Shown: positions 1-12,511, counted from the first letter of the stretch. The stretch: 64,000 bases of DNA from Camelus ferus (GCF_009834535.1 NC_045697.1:103666001-103730000); one strand, 5' to 3'. The notes: generated by a model from the sequence alone, not told the origin. A program made the numbers and translations.

Positions 1-289
1 CCACATTTCACTCCCAGAAACACATCCCCACTCCATTTCAGTGATGAGAGGAGTGATTTGTATTTGGGAGATGTGTGTATGAAAAATGCACAGCTCATAA
101 AATATTTTAGGTATCATTCACGATTACATATGCTTTTCTCAGCATGAGATGACATTAATTTCTATTATCATCTTTCATCTAATTTCTCATACGCTGGGTG
201 CCAAAAGAAATAAGACGGTTAATTAGCATTTCTTATTTTTAGAACAGTTTTTGCTTAGTTTACCAGTAGCTTATGTTTTTTATTTCTAA

Positions 290-455
290 AGCACATTTCA
301 TCATCCCTGGGAGACAGACTGGGGGAGGTGTTATTGCTTCCCATTCTACAGATGAAAAAGTCAAGGCAGCATTCCCCCCAAGTGAGGAAGCCAGTTACTA
401 TCAGTACCAGCACTGAAAACTAAGCTTTGTCTGGTCCCCTGGTCCAAGGCTCTAT
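290..455 (-). mobile_element. MIR/MIR3 SINE fragment
   Basis: cccattctacagatgaaaaag resembles the reverse complement of the MIR core; degenerate. Confidence 0.6.
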
Positions 456-1723
456 CAAACACTGGGTCACTAGCAATCACTTCAGTTTTACTAATGAGAA
501 AATAATGCAGCACATTTGTGACCTAGGTCACTGGTCATTAATTTATCATAATTAATGATTTAGCCCAGGAGTCAGAGGCCTGAGAACTGGGTTCTGTTGC
601 TGCCCTTGGGTCATGAGACTACAGAGATGCTTTGCGTCTACATGTTACGACTTGGTACAGTTTTGAACTGAAAGAACAGCTCAAAATGTGATGCAAAGTG
701 GTGCCAAAGGATTCCAATTTCAATTTTACTCTAATGACCTTTCCTAACGGGTTGTGGATGGCTTTTTATTAAAAAGATATTAAAAACAACATCAAAATAC
801 TCACAAAGAGCAGCAGTAGCAGGGGTGTGACAACGATGCCCTGGAAGAAAGAAAAGAGATGATGATCATTTATCTGCCTGGAAAGCAGGACACTTTCTTT
901 GCCGTTTTAACTCTGATGCATGGAAACGCTTATCCTGCTCATTTCTGTTTGACAAAATCTAGGAGCTAAAGAAGAGGGAGCCCCAGTCTCATCTCTCCCG
1001 ACCGTGAGCCTTAGCATCTCCAGGATGACAGTTCGTATCTGGCATCATTAAAAGTACAACCACCAATCTTCCTTAAACTCGACTTCCCTTTTTTCAACCT
1101 AAGTTCCCTTCCACGTTGCATATGTATCACTGGGGTGGAAGCTGGCAAGCTTTCTCACTCCAAGGCTTTCAACTCTAACTTGGATAAAGTGCCCCTTTTC
1201 AAGAGAAGACAGGTGGTTTCGTCCCAGTTGGGGTCCCCTCCTGAGCAAAGACCACGTCAGCTGTGATGAATGAGATGCCGTGACTTTGTAATGTGAACTG
1301 ATCTCCCCGAGGAAATGAGCTGGGATCTCAAAACTCATTTCACTTGATTAGACTCCACGTCTCGGAGGTGGAAGGCAAGTCTTTCATCTAATTCAGCCAC
1401 ACAGGACCACCTCCGTCCCTCTGCCTCCCCTAGGCAGAAAGGAGCAAAAGATTTGTTTTCTTCGATAACAGGGAACAGTCTGAGGCTGTTGTGATGAGGC
1501 AGGATACAAGCTTTTAGGTTTCTTGAAGGTAAATCTTTAAAACGAGGTGTTTGAGTTGGGAGTTAATGTGACAGGTTTCAGTTTTTGAGCCGCAGCTGAT
1601 TATTCGTCCCTCTTAGTTGTCCCTTTATCTCTCAACACTTCATTATGATTTATATAAGAAAAAGCATTTCATATTTTTATTAATGGATTCTACTTGGAAC
1701 TTGAAAATTCCGAAGCGTCTGCA

Positions 1724-1770
<47 letters not shown>

Positions 1771-1791
1771 AGACAGAGACAGACAGACAGA
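1724..1791. repeat. compound microsatellite (TG)n(AG)n with AGAC-like tail
   Basis: Directly visible. Confidence 0.97.
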
Positions 1792-2339
1792 GGCTATACC
1801 GTGCCCAGGATCCAGGTTGGGGACCACTCCATTACTCCTGGGAAAAAGTCCTTTTGGTATTAACATATGGAAGTCCTCTTGTCATTAGTAACTAAATTCT
1901 TTTGGATGCGGCCCAGAGGGGATGTTTACCTTACATGAACATTGCTACCATAACCTTCTTAGGCATATACACATGTGAATATCCACACAGACTTGTTTTC
2001 TTGCTAAATAATAGAATAAACGCTTCTTTACTGTGCAAAATTTTGCAATTGTCAATAGGGAATACAACATTTTAATTTAAGTGCTATATTTTACAGTCTG
2101 TTTATTAAAACATGGATTGTGGCTTACCAACTCCACTGGTGCCCGTGAAGCAAGTTCTCATCAGCACCACTGAGGAGCGCTCCATGTGCAAAATGCCAAA
2201 ATAATTTTGAAGAGCTACTATCCTTCAATGACATGGAATCTATTCAGACTCCAGGAGGAATTTTGCAAGGCCGTGTGGAAATGGAAATATCTGGCTGTTT
2301 CAGGCTATTTGGGATCCATCCGATTTCAAGTCAATTTGC

Positions 2340-2650
2340 TTAAATGTTTATCGAACAGCCACTTACATGCCAGGTAAGGTTCCAATTAATCAGAAGAAAT
2401 CATGAAAACTGATCTCGCAGACAGGGGGTGAGGATATTTCAGGAAGAGGGCAGGGCATTTGTAAAGCTATAAAAAGTTGAACAGGACAAGAAGAAAAGTA
2501 TGAAGTGGAGGATTCAGAGAGCAGATCATCAAAAGTCTTGTAAGCCAGGAGAGGGAACTTGGAGCTGGTCCTTTCAGTGGCAAACTACTAAAGAATTTAA
2601 AGTGAGGGTATAACGGTTAGTAGATAATTTAGTATATGGAGAATGGATGT
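2340..2650 (-). mobile_element. L2 LINE fragment
   Basis: aaatgtttatcgaacagccacttacatgccagg (L2 3' end, reverse) followed by GA-rich antisense L2-like body. Confidence 0.55.
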
Positions 2651-2989
2651 GCCTTTGCCCATAACGTAGCCAGTTTTACCTTTGTTATCTATCAGTTCAC
2701 CCAAATTCAGGTAAAAGAACATGGAAACTTGCATTAGTGTTAATTATGGAATATCAATAACACTAATAACACTTCTGAGAAGCAAAGTACGGTATCTGTG
2801 ACAGGATGAGAATTTTCAGCCCGGAAGAAGGCTGAGCATTGTCACCACTCTGGGAACATGTGTCTTATATCAGAGGAGTGGAAGCCACACGGGTGTCATA
2901 TAGGACATGAGGACTTGTGTTCTTCCTGGTGCCCATTTCATTTTCCTTTGCAACAGTGCAATAGCACCAGTATGAGTAATAATTAGTAA

Positions 2990-3210
2990 TAATACTAGTA
3001 CTATTAGTGGTATTTTGCTTCAGTACTTTCATGCATATTAAAAAATTTGACCCTTCTCTATTGAGGGGGCTGGGTTACATGATAGCCTACTTTATGGATG
3101 AGGAACCCGATGTTCAGAAAAGCCAAGCAACCAGCCCAAAGTCACACAGCAAATAAATGGCAAAGCCTGGACTACAGCCTGTCATACCCAACTCCAAAGC
3201 CTAAACTGAT
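2990..3210 (-). mobile_element. MIR SINE
   Basis: tttatggatgaggaacccgatg...cccaaagtcacacagc...tggcaaagcctgg matches MIR antisense. Confidence 0.7.
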
Positions 3211-3565
3211 GCCACGACAGCCCTGGTCCCTGGGTAGCAGACTAACAACCAGTACAGATTCCCACAGAGTTCTGCTCTGGTCATGTAGGTAGGGATTAGT
3301 ACGATCTTGGCCTCCAGTTGATAACTTAGAGATGATCTTATTCTGGAAGGCAGAGCACCATTATCTGTAGGTTTTCCTGCTTGAATATCTCAAGTGTCTG
3401 GTCACCAACACAAAACAGCTCTTACAAGGACTTCTGAAACCTGTTCATAAGATATTAAATGTTTCCTAGTGGACAGGATCTGTCTTCTAATTCTAGATTC
3501 AACATTCCTCCCTTATTTTCTCAAGAATGGCTGTTAAGTTCATCAACTAAGAGCGAATTGTTATA

Positions 3566-3669
3566 GAGGGGAGGGTATAGCTCAGTGGTAGAGCACATGC
3601 TTAGCATACACAAGGTCCTGGGTTCAATCCCCAGTACCTCCCTCAAAAAGAAAAAAAAAAAAAAAAAAG
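3566..3669 (+). mobile_element. tRNA-derived camelid SINE (vic-1-like), 5' part of a SINE-L1 chimera
   Basis: GGGGAGGGTATAGCTCAGTGGTAGAG head; Pol III A box 3578-3588, B box GGTTCAATCC 3621-3630; A tail. Confidence 0.9.
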
Positions 3670-3800
3670 AACGAAATCTTGCCATTTATGACAGCATGTT
3701 TGGACCTAGAGGGTATCATGTTAAGTGACATAAGTCAGACAGACAAAGGCAGATACTGTATGATCTTATTTATATAGAGAATCTTAAAAAAAAAAAAAAA
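3670..3800 (+). mobile_element. L1 fragment (ORF2 end / 3'UTR start), 3' part of chimera
   Basis: aacgaaatcttgccatt...ggacctagagggtatcatgttaagtga...gaatct + A tract, homologous to 7015-7140; shared TSD gaattgtta(t/c)a at 3555-3565 and 3801-3811. Confidence 0.85.
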
Positions 3801-3934
3801 GAATTGTTACATAATGCTGAAACCTGCTTTTCAGTTGTATTATGAAATGGGTCGGCCATGGTACCATTAATCCTGACAAGATTAATGGCACCAGAATTAA
3901 GTTTTGGTGAAGTTGTTCTAAGTATTATTAGAAC

Positions 3935-4325
3935 AAGAATAGCTAATACTTATGGAGTTTTTGTTTTTTTCTTTTAGTTTCTTTTTTTTTTTTAGGGGGG
4001 AGGTAATTAGGTTTATATATTTATTTACTTTTTTAAATGGACATACTAGTGATTGAACCCAGGACCTCATGCATGCTAACAAGCATGTGCTCTACCACTT
4101 GAGCTATACCCTCCCCCACTTATGGAATGTTTATATCAGATGATGCGCTAAGGACTTTATGTATGTTATCTTCCAGAATCCTCACAACAACCCTCTGCGG
4201 TAGGTACTAATACTGTCCCCATCTACTCAGGAAGGAAACTGAGTCTCGGAAACACTGCGTGAAGCAGGAAAAGGCAATGCCAGAAATTCAGCCTCTGTCT
4301 CCATGACTCCAGAGCCTGTGAGCTC
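3935..4325 (-). mobile_element. MIR SINE interrupted by a vic-1-like SINE
   Basis: aatagctaatacttat...aatcctcacaacaaccct...aggaaactgag...ccatgactccagagcctgtg. Confidence 0.75.
3957..4117 (-). mobile_element. tRNA-derived camelid SINE (vic-1-like)
   Basis: Reverse complement of SINE head plus aaacctaattacctccccc tail; perfect 9-bp TSD acttatgga at 3948-3956 and 4118-4126. Confidence 0.92.
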
Positions 4326-6814
4326 GAATGGTGTGAATAAAATCTTTACAATCGTACATGATTTCTCCAGGTTTATGTTTTAAGAATAAACTTGAGAGGA
4401 GCTTCAAACTCAGTACATCTTTTTGATGACGTGAAACAAATTGAGATAGAAGACTGTGTGTGACATGGTTGATACACTTTTTTTTTTGGGTCAGGATTTT
4501 TTTTTACACATATCACTGGTAAGAAGGGTAAACTAAAAATTTCAACTGTAACTACAACAGTCATTGGAAGCCAGAAAGTCAAATATGTTATTTTCTCTCA
4601 AGTATACAGAAGGTTCAATGTGATTCCTTCTCCTTTCTCTTTCTCAAGTAAATCTTATACAAATGGATAAAACCAGAGAGGTGGTGAAAAAAATTTAAAA
4701 AGGAAAAAAAAAAGAAAAAGCCCAAAGAGGTGGTGGATGAGCACATCTAGCAAAAGGTGTTACCCACCTCCTTGAAGATTCAAGGTCAAGACATAGTTTT
4801 AGCATCCTTGCAACTGAGATGGTGTGTTAAGCTTTTTGACTGCAACACCTGAAGAAGTCAAGTCACAAAGTGACTGGCTTTGACTGTCTCTTAAAAACCT
4901 TCAGAAAATCCATTTACACCTCTGATGTGAATATATTTCAATGACTTTAGCGGAGATAGAAAAAAAGTGTCAAATCTGAGACACCGAGATTTAGTCGCAC
5001 TAAAATACAAACCAGAAGCTCTCCAAATAACAACAAAAACAACAAAACTGTGAATGCACTTCTCTTGGGAGGAGGACTTATAAAAAAAGGCAAAACCGAA
5101 GTGAATTATCATTTTTTGTAAATAGGAAAAAATGATCAAAAGGCTTTGCTGCAATCACCATTGTGATCACACAGATACTAAAACTAACGTAGGCTTCTGT
5201 CACCAGGATATGAAATGTTGGGCCCTGGAAAGGGTGCTTTTTATTTTTTAATTAAAGGGCAAGAACTCAATTTTCATAGAAGAATAGAATTTCAGTTTTG
5301 CAAGGCATCTTAGACGAGACTGGTCCCACTGGACTCGTAAATGGGACTGGTCCAGTCCTCATCTGAAGTGCACCCCTCCTCGGTCTGTCTCCCTCACTTG
5401 CTCCTGGTGTGCAGCTGTGATGGCTGCACCTTTGCCAGAGAACCCACAGGGAGACCACTGCTCTTGCTCTCAAGGCTCACACTGGCCTGGCTGAAGCCCT
5501 TTCACGAAGAGGGAGCTCATTCATATACTGAGCCCAAGCCACTTCCACTGCTGCCCTGTCTTCCCCTTGGAGCAGCTTAGGGCACAGCTCACCCCTCCTT
5601 TCTTGGGATGGCCTCTTTGCGACTGCTTTTGAATGATGTGCATAAAATCTCTGCGCTCTTCAACTACTTCCTCAGGGCCATAGTCTAAGAGTAATGCTGA
5701 AGTGAGCGATTGGGTCCCCATATGAGTCCTGTCCTGGCTAAAAGTCCTCAGGCCCTCCCACTGTTCCTCCTGGTGGGGAGGGGGCAGTTCTGAGCCTTCA
5801 TTTAGACATAATCGCATCCAAATGAATTGAAGAGTCCACAGCACTTGCTTAATAAAAGTTGCCAAAACTTGGAAATAAGGCCAAAAGAGGACCACATGTC
5901 CTCTCAATGTCACCCTGGAGCCTTGTCTAATGGGCCAATCCAAGGATTATTTAATTACCTCGAGGGAGGTACCTTTGTTTGATTTCTTCTTACCAGTGAT
6001 TAGGGCCCAGACTGTGAAATTACATGTTAACTTACAAAATTTTGTCCAGTAGAGATGGAAATAATTTCTATCTAGTAGAAATAAAACAACCATAAAGGTT
6101 ATGGTTTTATTACCCTGTGGGAATTAGCAAGTTTTATCTCTAACACAGCAAACTTACTTCAATATGTTTTTCTGAAGGACTACATTACCTCTGTTTCTAT
6201 CACTCCCTTGAAGCCAACTTTACCATCTGTCTGGTTCCTTCATTATTCAGTTAAATACATGTTTGGCATGTGTCTATTCTATATTTGTAAGAAAAAAGTT
6301 GTGTTATCAACTTTTGAAAATAATGCTTTGACAACTTCTTTACTCTCAACCTTGTATTTATATTAATGCAAAGATTACCTTTTTTTTTTCTTTTAAAGAT
6401 GGATGCCAGCTAAAACTCACAGACTGTCTTCACATTTTGTTCTGTGGTCAATACCTAGTAGTATCTTAAAAAGTAGGAGGAAAGTTTATTCCTCAAGAAT
6501 GAAATTACATTAAACCAACATGAAATGAGTGACATTGGCCAACACATCCTAAGCAATAAATTATAAAGGGGTGGTATGGGGAATTTTGGAGACATATCAA
6601 TTTAAACAAAATGGTCAGGGTATATGGTCTCCAGAGAATACGACTTTATAAACATGGATGTCAAAATATACAGTTGAGTAAACTTTACAGAAGAAAGAAA
6701 GAGGCATTAGTAGTCTAGGGAAGGTCAGCTGGAAAGAAAGTAGTGGTTGAGTGGTGGGTAAGGGCCCCTTTCCCCTCCTCTGCCTATACTTTCCTCTTTA
6801 AAACTGGGCCTTCA

Positions 6815-6947
6815 CACGTAAATCCAGAGAAAACTCTCCTATGAAAAGATACATGCACCCCAATGTTCAGAGCAGCACTATTTTCAATAGCCAAGACATG
6901 GAAGCAACCTAAATGTCCATTGGCAGAGGAACAGATAAAGAAGTTGT

Positions 6948-6996
<49 letters not shown>

Positions 6997-7461
6997 GGAA
7001 TACTACTCAGCCATAAAAAAGAATGAAATAATGCTGTTTGCAGTAACATGGATGAACCTAGAAATTATCATGCTAAGTGAAGTAGGTCAGAGAAAGACAA
7101 ATATCGTATGATACCACTATATGGGGAATCTAAAAAAAATTATACAAATGAACTTATTTACAAAACAGAAATAGACTCACAGACATAGAAAACAAATTTA
7201 TAGTTACCAAAGGGGAAAGCAAGGGGAGGGCTAAATTAGGAGTTTGGGATTAGCAGACACAAACTGCTATATATAAAAAAGATAAACAACAAGGTCCTAC
7301 TGTACAGCACAGGGAACTATATTTAATAGCTTGTAATAACCTATAGTGAAAAAGGACAGGAAAAATAACATATAATGTGTATAACTGAATCACTAGGCTG
7401 TACACCAGAAACAAACACAACATTATAAATCAACTATACTTCAATAAAAACAAAACAAAAC
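6815..7461 (+). mobile_element. young 5'-truncated L1 (ORF2 C-terminal end + 3'UTR)
   Basis: Translates to L1 ORF2 end ([19 protein letters not shown]...[11 protein letters not shown]); AATAAA and A-rich tail; 15-bp TSD aaaactgggccttca at 6800-6814 and 7462-7476, at a TT/AAAA site. Confidence 0.95.
6950..6993. repeat. (GT)22 microsatellite inside L1
   Basis: Directly visible. Confidence 0.97.
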
Positions 7462-7914
7462 AAAACTGGGCCTTCAAGGAGTAAGTGCCTTAACATGCCC
7501 AAATTAAGCATTTCTCAGTATGTTCAGAGCTGTCAGGGGAAGGGGGGGATCCTAGCAGCTGATACGAGTATTCTGGTTGGTTTATCAAGCACAGTGCACA
7601 ATACAGACAGTTGCATCAGACTCTTTGAGTTTGATAACACCAGCCATTGAAAACATTCAGTTAATTCCCTCTAGTCTGAGCCCGTGCTTGCCAAGAAAAG
7701 GCTGAATAATAATTTTGTTTTCCATGTAGCATTTCTGGTAAGAAGAGAAGGAACTCACCAGTTGACACTAGTCTTCTAGAACACAACCACATTGGGGTGC
7801 GCTAATGACGGCTAAGTTTCTGGACCTGCAAAGCTAAGGATCTATTCCTAGAATGTGGTGACAAGGTCACCCTGTGAGGACTTGCAGGAATAGCTGCTGG
7901 CTTGTCTCAGTGGC

Positions 7915-7985
7915 ATCCATTTAACTAAACAAACATTTATTGAGTGCTAACTGTATGTCAGACATCATGGATGCCATGGGGAAAA
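7915..7985 (-). mobile_element. L2 3' end fragment
   Basis: aacaaacatttattgagtgctaactgtatgtcagac. Confidence 0.7.
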
Positions 7986-8434
7986 GGATTTCAAAGTCTC
8001 CTAAGCACATAAAACTTTGGTCATTTTGAAGTGGACTGTTACATAAAACTCTGGGAAATAGCTTTCTGTGAAGTCCTTGGGGTTGTCTTTGAAGAATATC
8101 TTGGAAGATCTTTGTTCTTTCGTTCCTGTTTTTCTTCTCCTACAACTGCTGTTGAGCACTGTTTATCCTCACTAATGCACTTAGAGTGATTTTTGGTTTT
8201 TCAAGCCAAGTCTCTGATGTGATATGTATATATCTGATCTTTAATTTATGTTATGGTCCATGCCCATTAGGAGTTCCCATTAAAGAAAGCACTTCTGACC
8301 TGTCCCTCTGTAACTTCAATGCTTCTGTTAAGAGATGCCTCTACCATCTTTTTCTCAAAAGACTGAGACGTTTTTTACAGACCAAAATGGAGGGATATAT
8401 AGACATAGATATAGATTATATGTATATATAACCA

Positions 8435-9735
8435 TTCTGGGTGTAGTTCAGAGAAGATTAAAGTGGTGGAAAATTAAAGAGAGACCAACTAGGAGGTTGT
8501 TCTGTAACCCAGAGAGGAGTTGATTTGGGCTAAGGAGATAGAACTTAGTGATCAAATTAGAAAGACATAACACATTCAAGAAGTATTTGAAATGCAGACT
8601 GGCAGATTAAATATTGGGGGTGGTGACAAAAATTTATGAGTATAAATATAAAATTTATAAAACAATTTTAAGTGAACTTCTCTGTCACTAAAGTCACATT
8701 TTGAGGATAAATCATTAGACACTGAAGTTTGGAAGGAAGTTCAAAAAAGAAAGCAAGGCCAGAGAAGTTTGGCTTGATGTAGGACCAAAGTATGTGTTGT
8801 ATACATAGATGGGTTTTTTGTTGATAAAGTTGCAAATTGTCACAAGAAAAGACGGTTTCTTAGTCTTCTGAATTAAGGGATTTTTGACCAGGTAGGTAGA
8901 CTATAGATTCAATTACTGAGCCAGGGTAGAATTGGGATGTACAGATTAATTTTTTCTTAGGGAAGATGCTGAGTTTGAGGTGTTTACAGGGCCTCCAATT
9001 AGAGATACTGTAAGTAGCTGGACATACGGGACTTAGGCTCGGAATAGCGTGGACAGTGGCTACAGATGAGTGAGCCCTCAGCATATGGTTGGTGATTTAC
9101 TGTTAAAGAGAAAATTAGAATTTAAGGAATGTAGAATATATACTGAAACTCAGAGGAGGCCGAGAAGAAAACAATTTCAGTAAGATGACTAGCACGGAAA
9201 TTAAACTGGAGTAGACTGAGGGCTGAGAAGGAAGGGGAGAAAGGAAGGGAGGGGTCAACTCTGTCAAGAAGTCTGGCTGGAGAGGAGAGGAGAGAAATAG
9301 AGCTGTAACTCGAGGGGAGTGAATATGAGGTAAAGGAAGTTCGCTGTTTGCTTTGTTTTTGAAAGGAGAAACGAGGATTTCCAAAATTCATAGAAAGAAC
9401 CAAAAGGGGGCAGGGGGATGGAAGGGGGTAGGGGGATGGAGATTTAGTAGAGAGAAGGGATTATACTTAAGACACCTAAGAAGGCAGCAGGGAAGGAGTT
9501 CCAGGGCACAGCTGGAAAGTTTAACTTCAGGAAAGAGGTGGGGCTGACATCTTCATTGTAAAAGGAGAGAAAAGGATAGATTAGGTACAGACTTGTAAGC
9601 TTGATGCTAGAAACTTGAAGAATGTCTATTTCATATATTAAGCAGAAGGTGAAGAGTTCTACTAAAATGAGGGGAAGATGGGTTCAGAGAAAGGGGAAAG
9701 TCAGTGACTGGAATCCTGGGCTGTGACTTATGGGA
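8435..9735 (-). mobile_element. fragmented L2 LINE
   Basis: GA-rich antisense L2 segments, e.g. agagaccaactaggaggttg and gagtttgaggtgtttacagggcctccaattagagatactgtaagtagctggac. Confidence 0.65.
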
Positions 9736-9740
9736 GAGGG

Positions 9741-10194
9741 TGCCTAAAACTGTGAAGAGGCTGAGATTTGACCATACTTGAAGATAACAAGTTAGCCTGC
9801 CATAGCTTCCTGGATACTGGAAGCAGACACAAGACTCCCGGGTCAGAGCCAGAGGACTGTACCATTCACACACAGCACAGCAAGCGGCCAAGTGTAATGT
9901 CACCATACGTTCCCCTTGCCCCCAAGTCAACAGGGTGGTGCAGATGGGCTCAGGTGGATGCCTGCACCTATGGTGGACTGCGTTACAGCAAAGGAATACT
10001 AAGTTTAGGGAACCCAAATCTTTTACAATGGGCGGTAAGCAAATCTGCCATTTACTCCAGAGGGAGACACTATTTCTGTCTCTCAAGGTTGTTCATTATA
10101 CAAACATTCTTGGAAAGAGAGTTAGGAACAAAGCATAGTCAGAGCACAAGTTGTACAGAAATTCAAGCAATACATGGAGAATTGTCTTCCAACA
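9741..10194 (-). mobile_element. LTR40(a)-like ERVL solo LTR
   Basis: Ends match recalled LTR40 (aactgtgaagagg..tgagattt...aacaagttagcctgcc; catggagaattgtcttccaaca); near 5-bp TSD gaggg/gagga. Confidence 0.85.
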
Positions 10195-10509
10195 GAGGAA
10201 ATGTCAAGCAGACCAGTCCAGTTGATATTGGTCACCTAAACATTTGAGCTATCAAGCTCATTATTGCTCCCTTCAAATTTCATCACTGAGCCAATGTCCT
10301 TATCCAAGGAAATGGTCATTAGATAATCATTTTGAAATGATAGGGCAAAATTCTCTCCAAGAAAACATTTATCCTCTAATGCATCTTGAACATTATGATT
10401 CAAATAAGTGAGAGTCGAATCAAGTGAATTGACTTCCAACTCATAATTCACTCTCACAATTTTTTAAATGGCAGAATTTAAAATCTTTTTGAAATCTAGA
10501 CCCTTGCCA

Positions 10510-10665
10510 GGTTGAACTAGGGTCTGTGGACCCTCACCTGGAAGCTTGTCAGGAATTGCTGAATCTCAGACCCCATTCCAGACCTACTGTGGCACTATCT
10601 GCTTTTTTAACAAGATTTCTTGGTAATACGTAGACACATTGAAATTCCAGGAAGAACTGATTTAG
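10510..10665. mobile_element. MER5A hAT-Charlie MITE
   Basis: cacctggaagcttgtcagg...aatctcagaccccattccagacctactg...ttttaacaagat. Confidence 0.8.
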
Positions 10666-10674
10666 GCTGTAGAG

Positions 10675-10830
10675 CAGAAGTAGGCAAACCATTTCTGTAT
10701 AAGGTCAGATGGCAATTATCGCAGGCTTTGCTGGCCATACAGACTCTGTTAAAATTATTCAACTCTGCTATTGTAGCTGGAAAGCAGCCCAAACGACAAG
10801 GAAACAAATGGGCATGGTCTGCTTTGATGC
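10675..10830 (-). mobile_element. MER58A hAT-Charlie MITE
   Basis: ggcaaaccatttctgtataaggtcagat...ggccatacagactctg...tcaactctgctattgtagc is MER58A antisense. Confidence 0.85.
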
Positions 10831-12169
10831 AAGGGCTACAGCTTGGACGCCTGCTGTAAAGTATTGTTTGGGATTCGCAATTACATTCAAAACAGAAATA
10901 AGTTAGTGCAACAAACTTATTTTTCATGACTTGGTTTTTAGCAAACAGCACAGCACGTTCCTTTGTAACTGCTTATAATGGGCTACTTAATTATCCAGTC
11001 TCCCAATTTTTCTCCAGACTGAAAACAAAATGATCAGTTAAAAGTGTGTAAAAATCTACTTTGTTTTCCTCTTTTGGATCTTGGCCGTGACAGTTGCACA
11101 GGCCCAACTGCTGCTTCTCCTCCTTTTCTTTATGATTTGTCAAAGATAGAGATTCAGTCATTTCAAACTGTTAGTTTTTTCAGGACCCCATGAAGTAATC
11201 TGTCTGGGCCAGCAGATAGAGTCTGCTTGTCTTGGGCCCACTTTCCTTTTACCAGTATTTACTTTACCACTTCTAATCTGAAGATGGTTCTGTTCACCAA
11301 AGATGAAGGAAGCAAAGGGAAGGGTGAGTGGGGAGGGAGAAATGAAGGGTGCTGAATAGCAGGCAGAATGTGTGGAGTTTAGGGTCCTGATATCCAGAAC
11401 TTGTACAAGAGAAAAATGATAGAAAGCAGAACACAAGAGGGGGATAACACATACCCTGCTATTCAGAACTATACAGTGACATATGTTAAAGTTGAAAAAC
11501 AGTGTTCAAATTTAGGATTTTTCCTTTTCCTTTTTAATTGCAAAACTCTATCTTCTTTTCAGACCATGTAAACTCATAGATCTGTATTAAAACTATTAAC
11601 TGTTAACTTGGATTTTTCCATCCAGATAAAGAGTGATAAGAACTATATGAAAGTCAACAAAAGGCCAAAGTGAGACAGATGTGGGAATTTTCTGTATTTT
11701 CCAAGAATCATGTAAATGACGTCTAAGTTTATAGACTTAATATGCAATAAATGATTTTCCAAAGAAGCTCTATAAAAATGCTTATCTGTATTATTAGACC
11801 AAAAAGGCAACAAAAGGAAATTAAGTCAAAATTTCCCTTTTGATGACATAAGCTTTCATAGCTGCAGGAAAGACTTGCCAGGGTTCATATTGCCCTGCAG
11901 GACTCCACTGAGGCACACAGCTGCAGTTTGAAATGTTGCAATTTCATTTTCCCTGGAAATGCACAGTGGCAGCATATTAAGGATAACAAGTAGCACAACA
12001 AACATTTTACTCAAAAGCACAACTCTCATGAAGTGTCAAGAGGATGATCCCACATCCCGCAAAGGTCAGCCAAAGCTTCTGTGGCTGGATCTTACACAGA
12101 GACGCTTGCAGTATTTCTTGCTTTGGAATCACTGCTTTAATGATACCAAATACCACCAGTGTAACAAGG

Positions 12170-12300
12170 ACCAACATTTATTAAGGCATACTATGTACTA
12201 GGAACTGTGCTAAGTGCTTTACAAATATTACCTAACTTAAAATTCCAACAAGTAAGTTGATTATCCCAATTAAATAGATGAGAAAAGAGAGGCTTCTAGA
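12170..12300 (-). mobile_element. MIR SINE
   Basis: aacatttattaaggcatactatgtactaggaactgtgctaagtgctttac. Confidence 0.75.
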
Positions 12301-12400
12301 GACTATGGATAAGTTCTAGGGAATACCAGGAGGCAGAACCCCAAAGGAATAAAGCCAAAGGAATAAAAAGAAAAGTTGAGAGGTCAAGAATGGGCCAAAT

Positions 12401-12511
12401 ATATGAAAACAAATATATGCATATTTATGCATGACTGGGACAGTGTGCTGTACACCAGAAATTATAACTGACTATACTTCAATTAAAAAAAGAAAGAAAA
12501 ACAAACAAACA
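12401..12511 (+). mobile_element. young L1 extreme 3' end
   Basis: gcatgactgggacagtgtgctgtacaccagaaatt...tacttcaatt + A-rich tail; TSD aagaa(tg/ga)ggccaaat at 12386-12400 and 12512-12526. Confidence 0.85.

Noticed and set aside
3568..3645. tRNA-Ala-like gene (also 33414-33490 and the minus-strand copies)
   Set aside because: A/B boxes are present, but the copies carry A tails, SINE-specific 3' tails and TSDs; they are tRNA-derived SINEs
6863..7111. ORF with L1 ORF2 similarity (also 25855-26292)
   Set aside because: 5'-truncated L1 remnant, partly reading through a microsatellite; not a gene
7730..7737. 8-nt plus-strand microexon (tccatgtag|catttctg|gtaaga)
   Set aside because: Not a multiple of three, no supporting plus-strand gene, expected by chance
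9631..10247. Overlapping 151-aa and 159-aa ORFs
   Set aside because: Lie over an LTR40-like solo LTR; no protein similarity recognised
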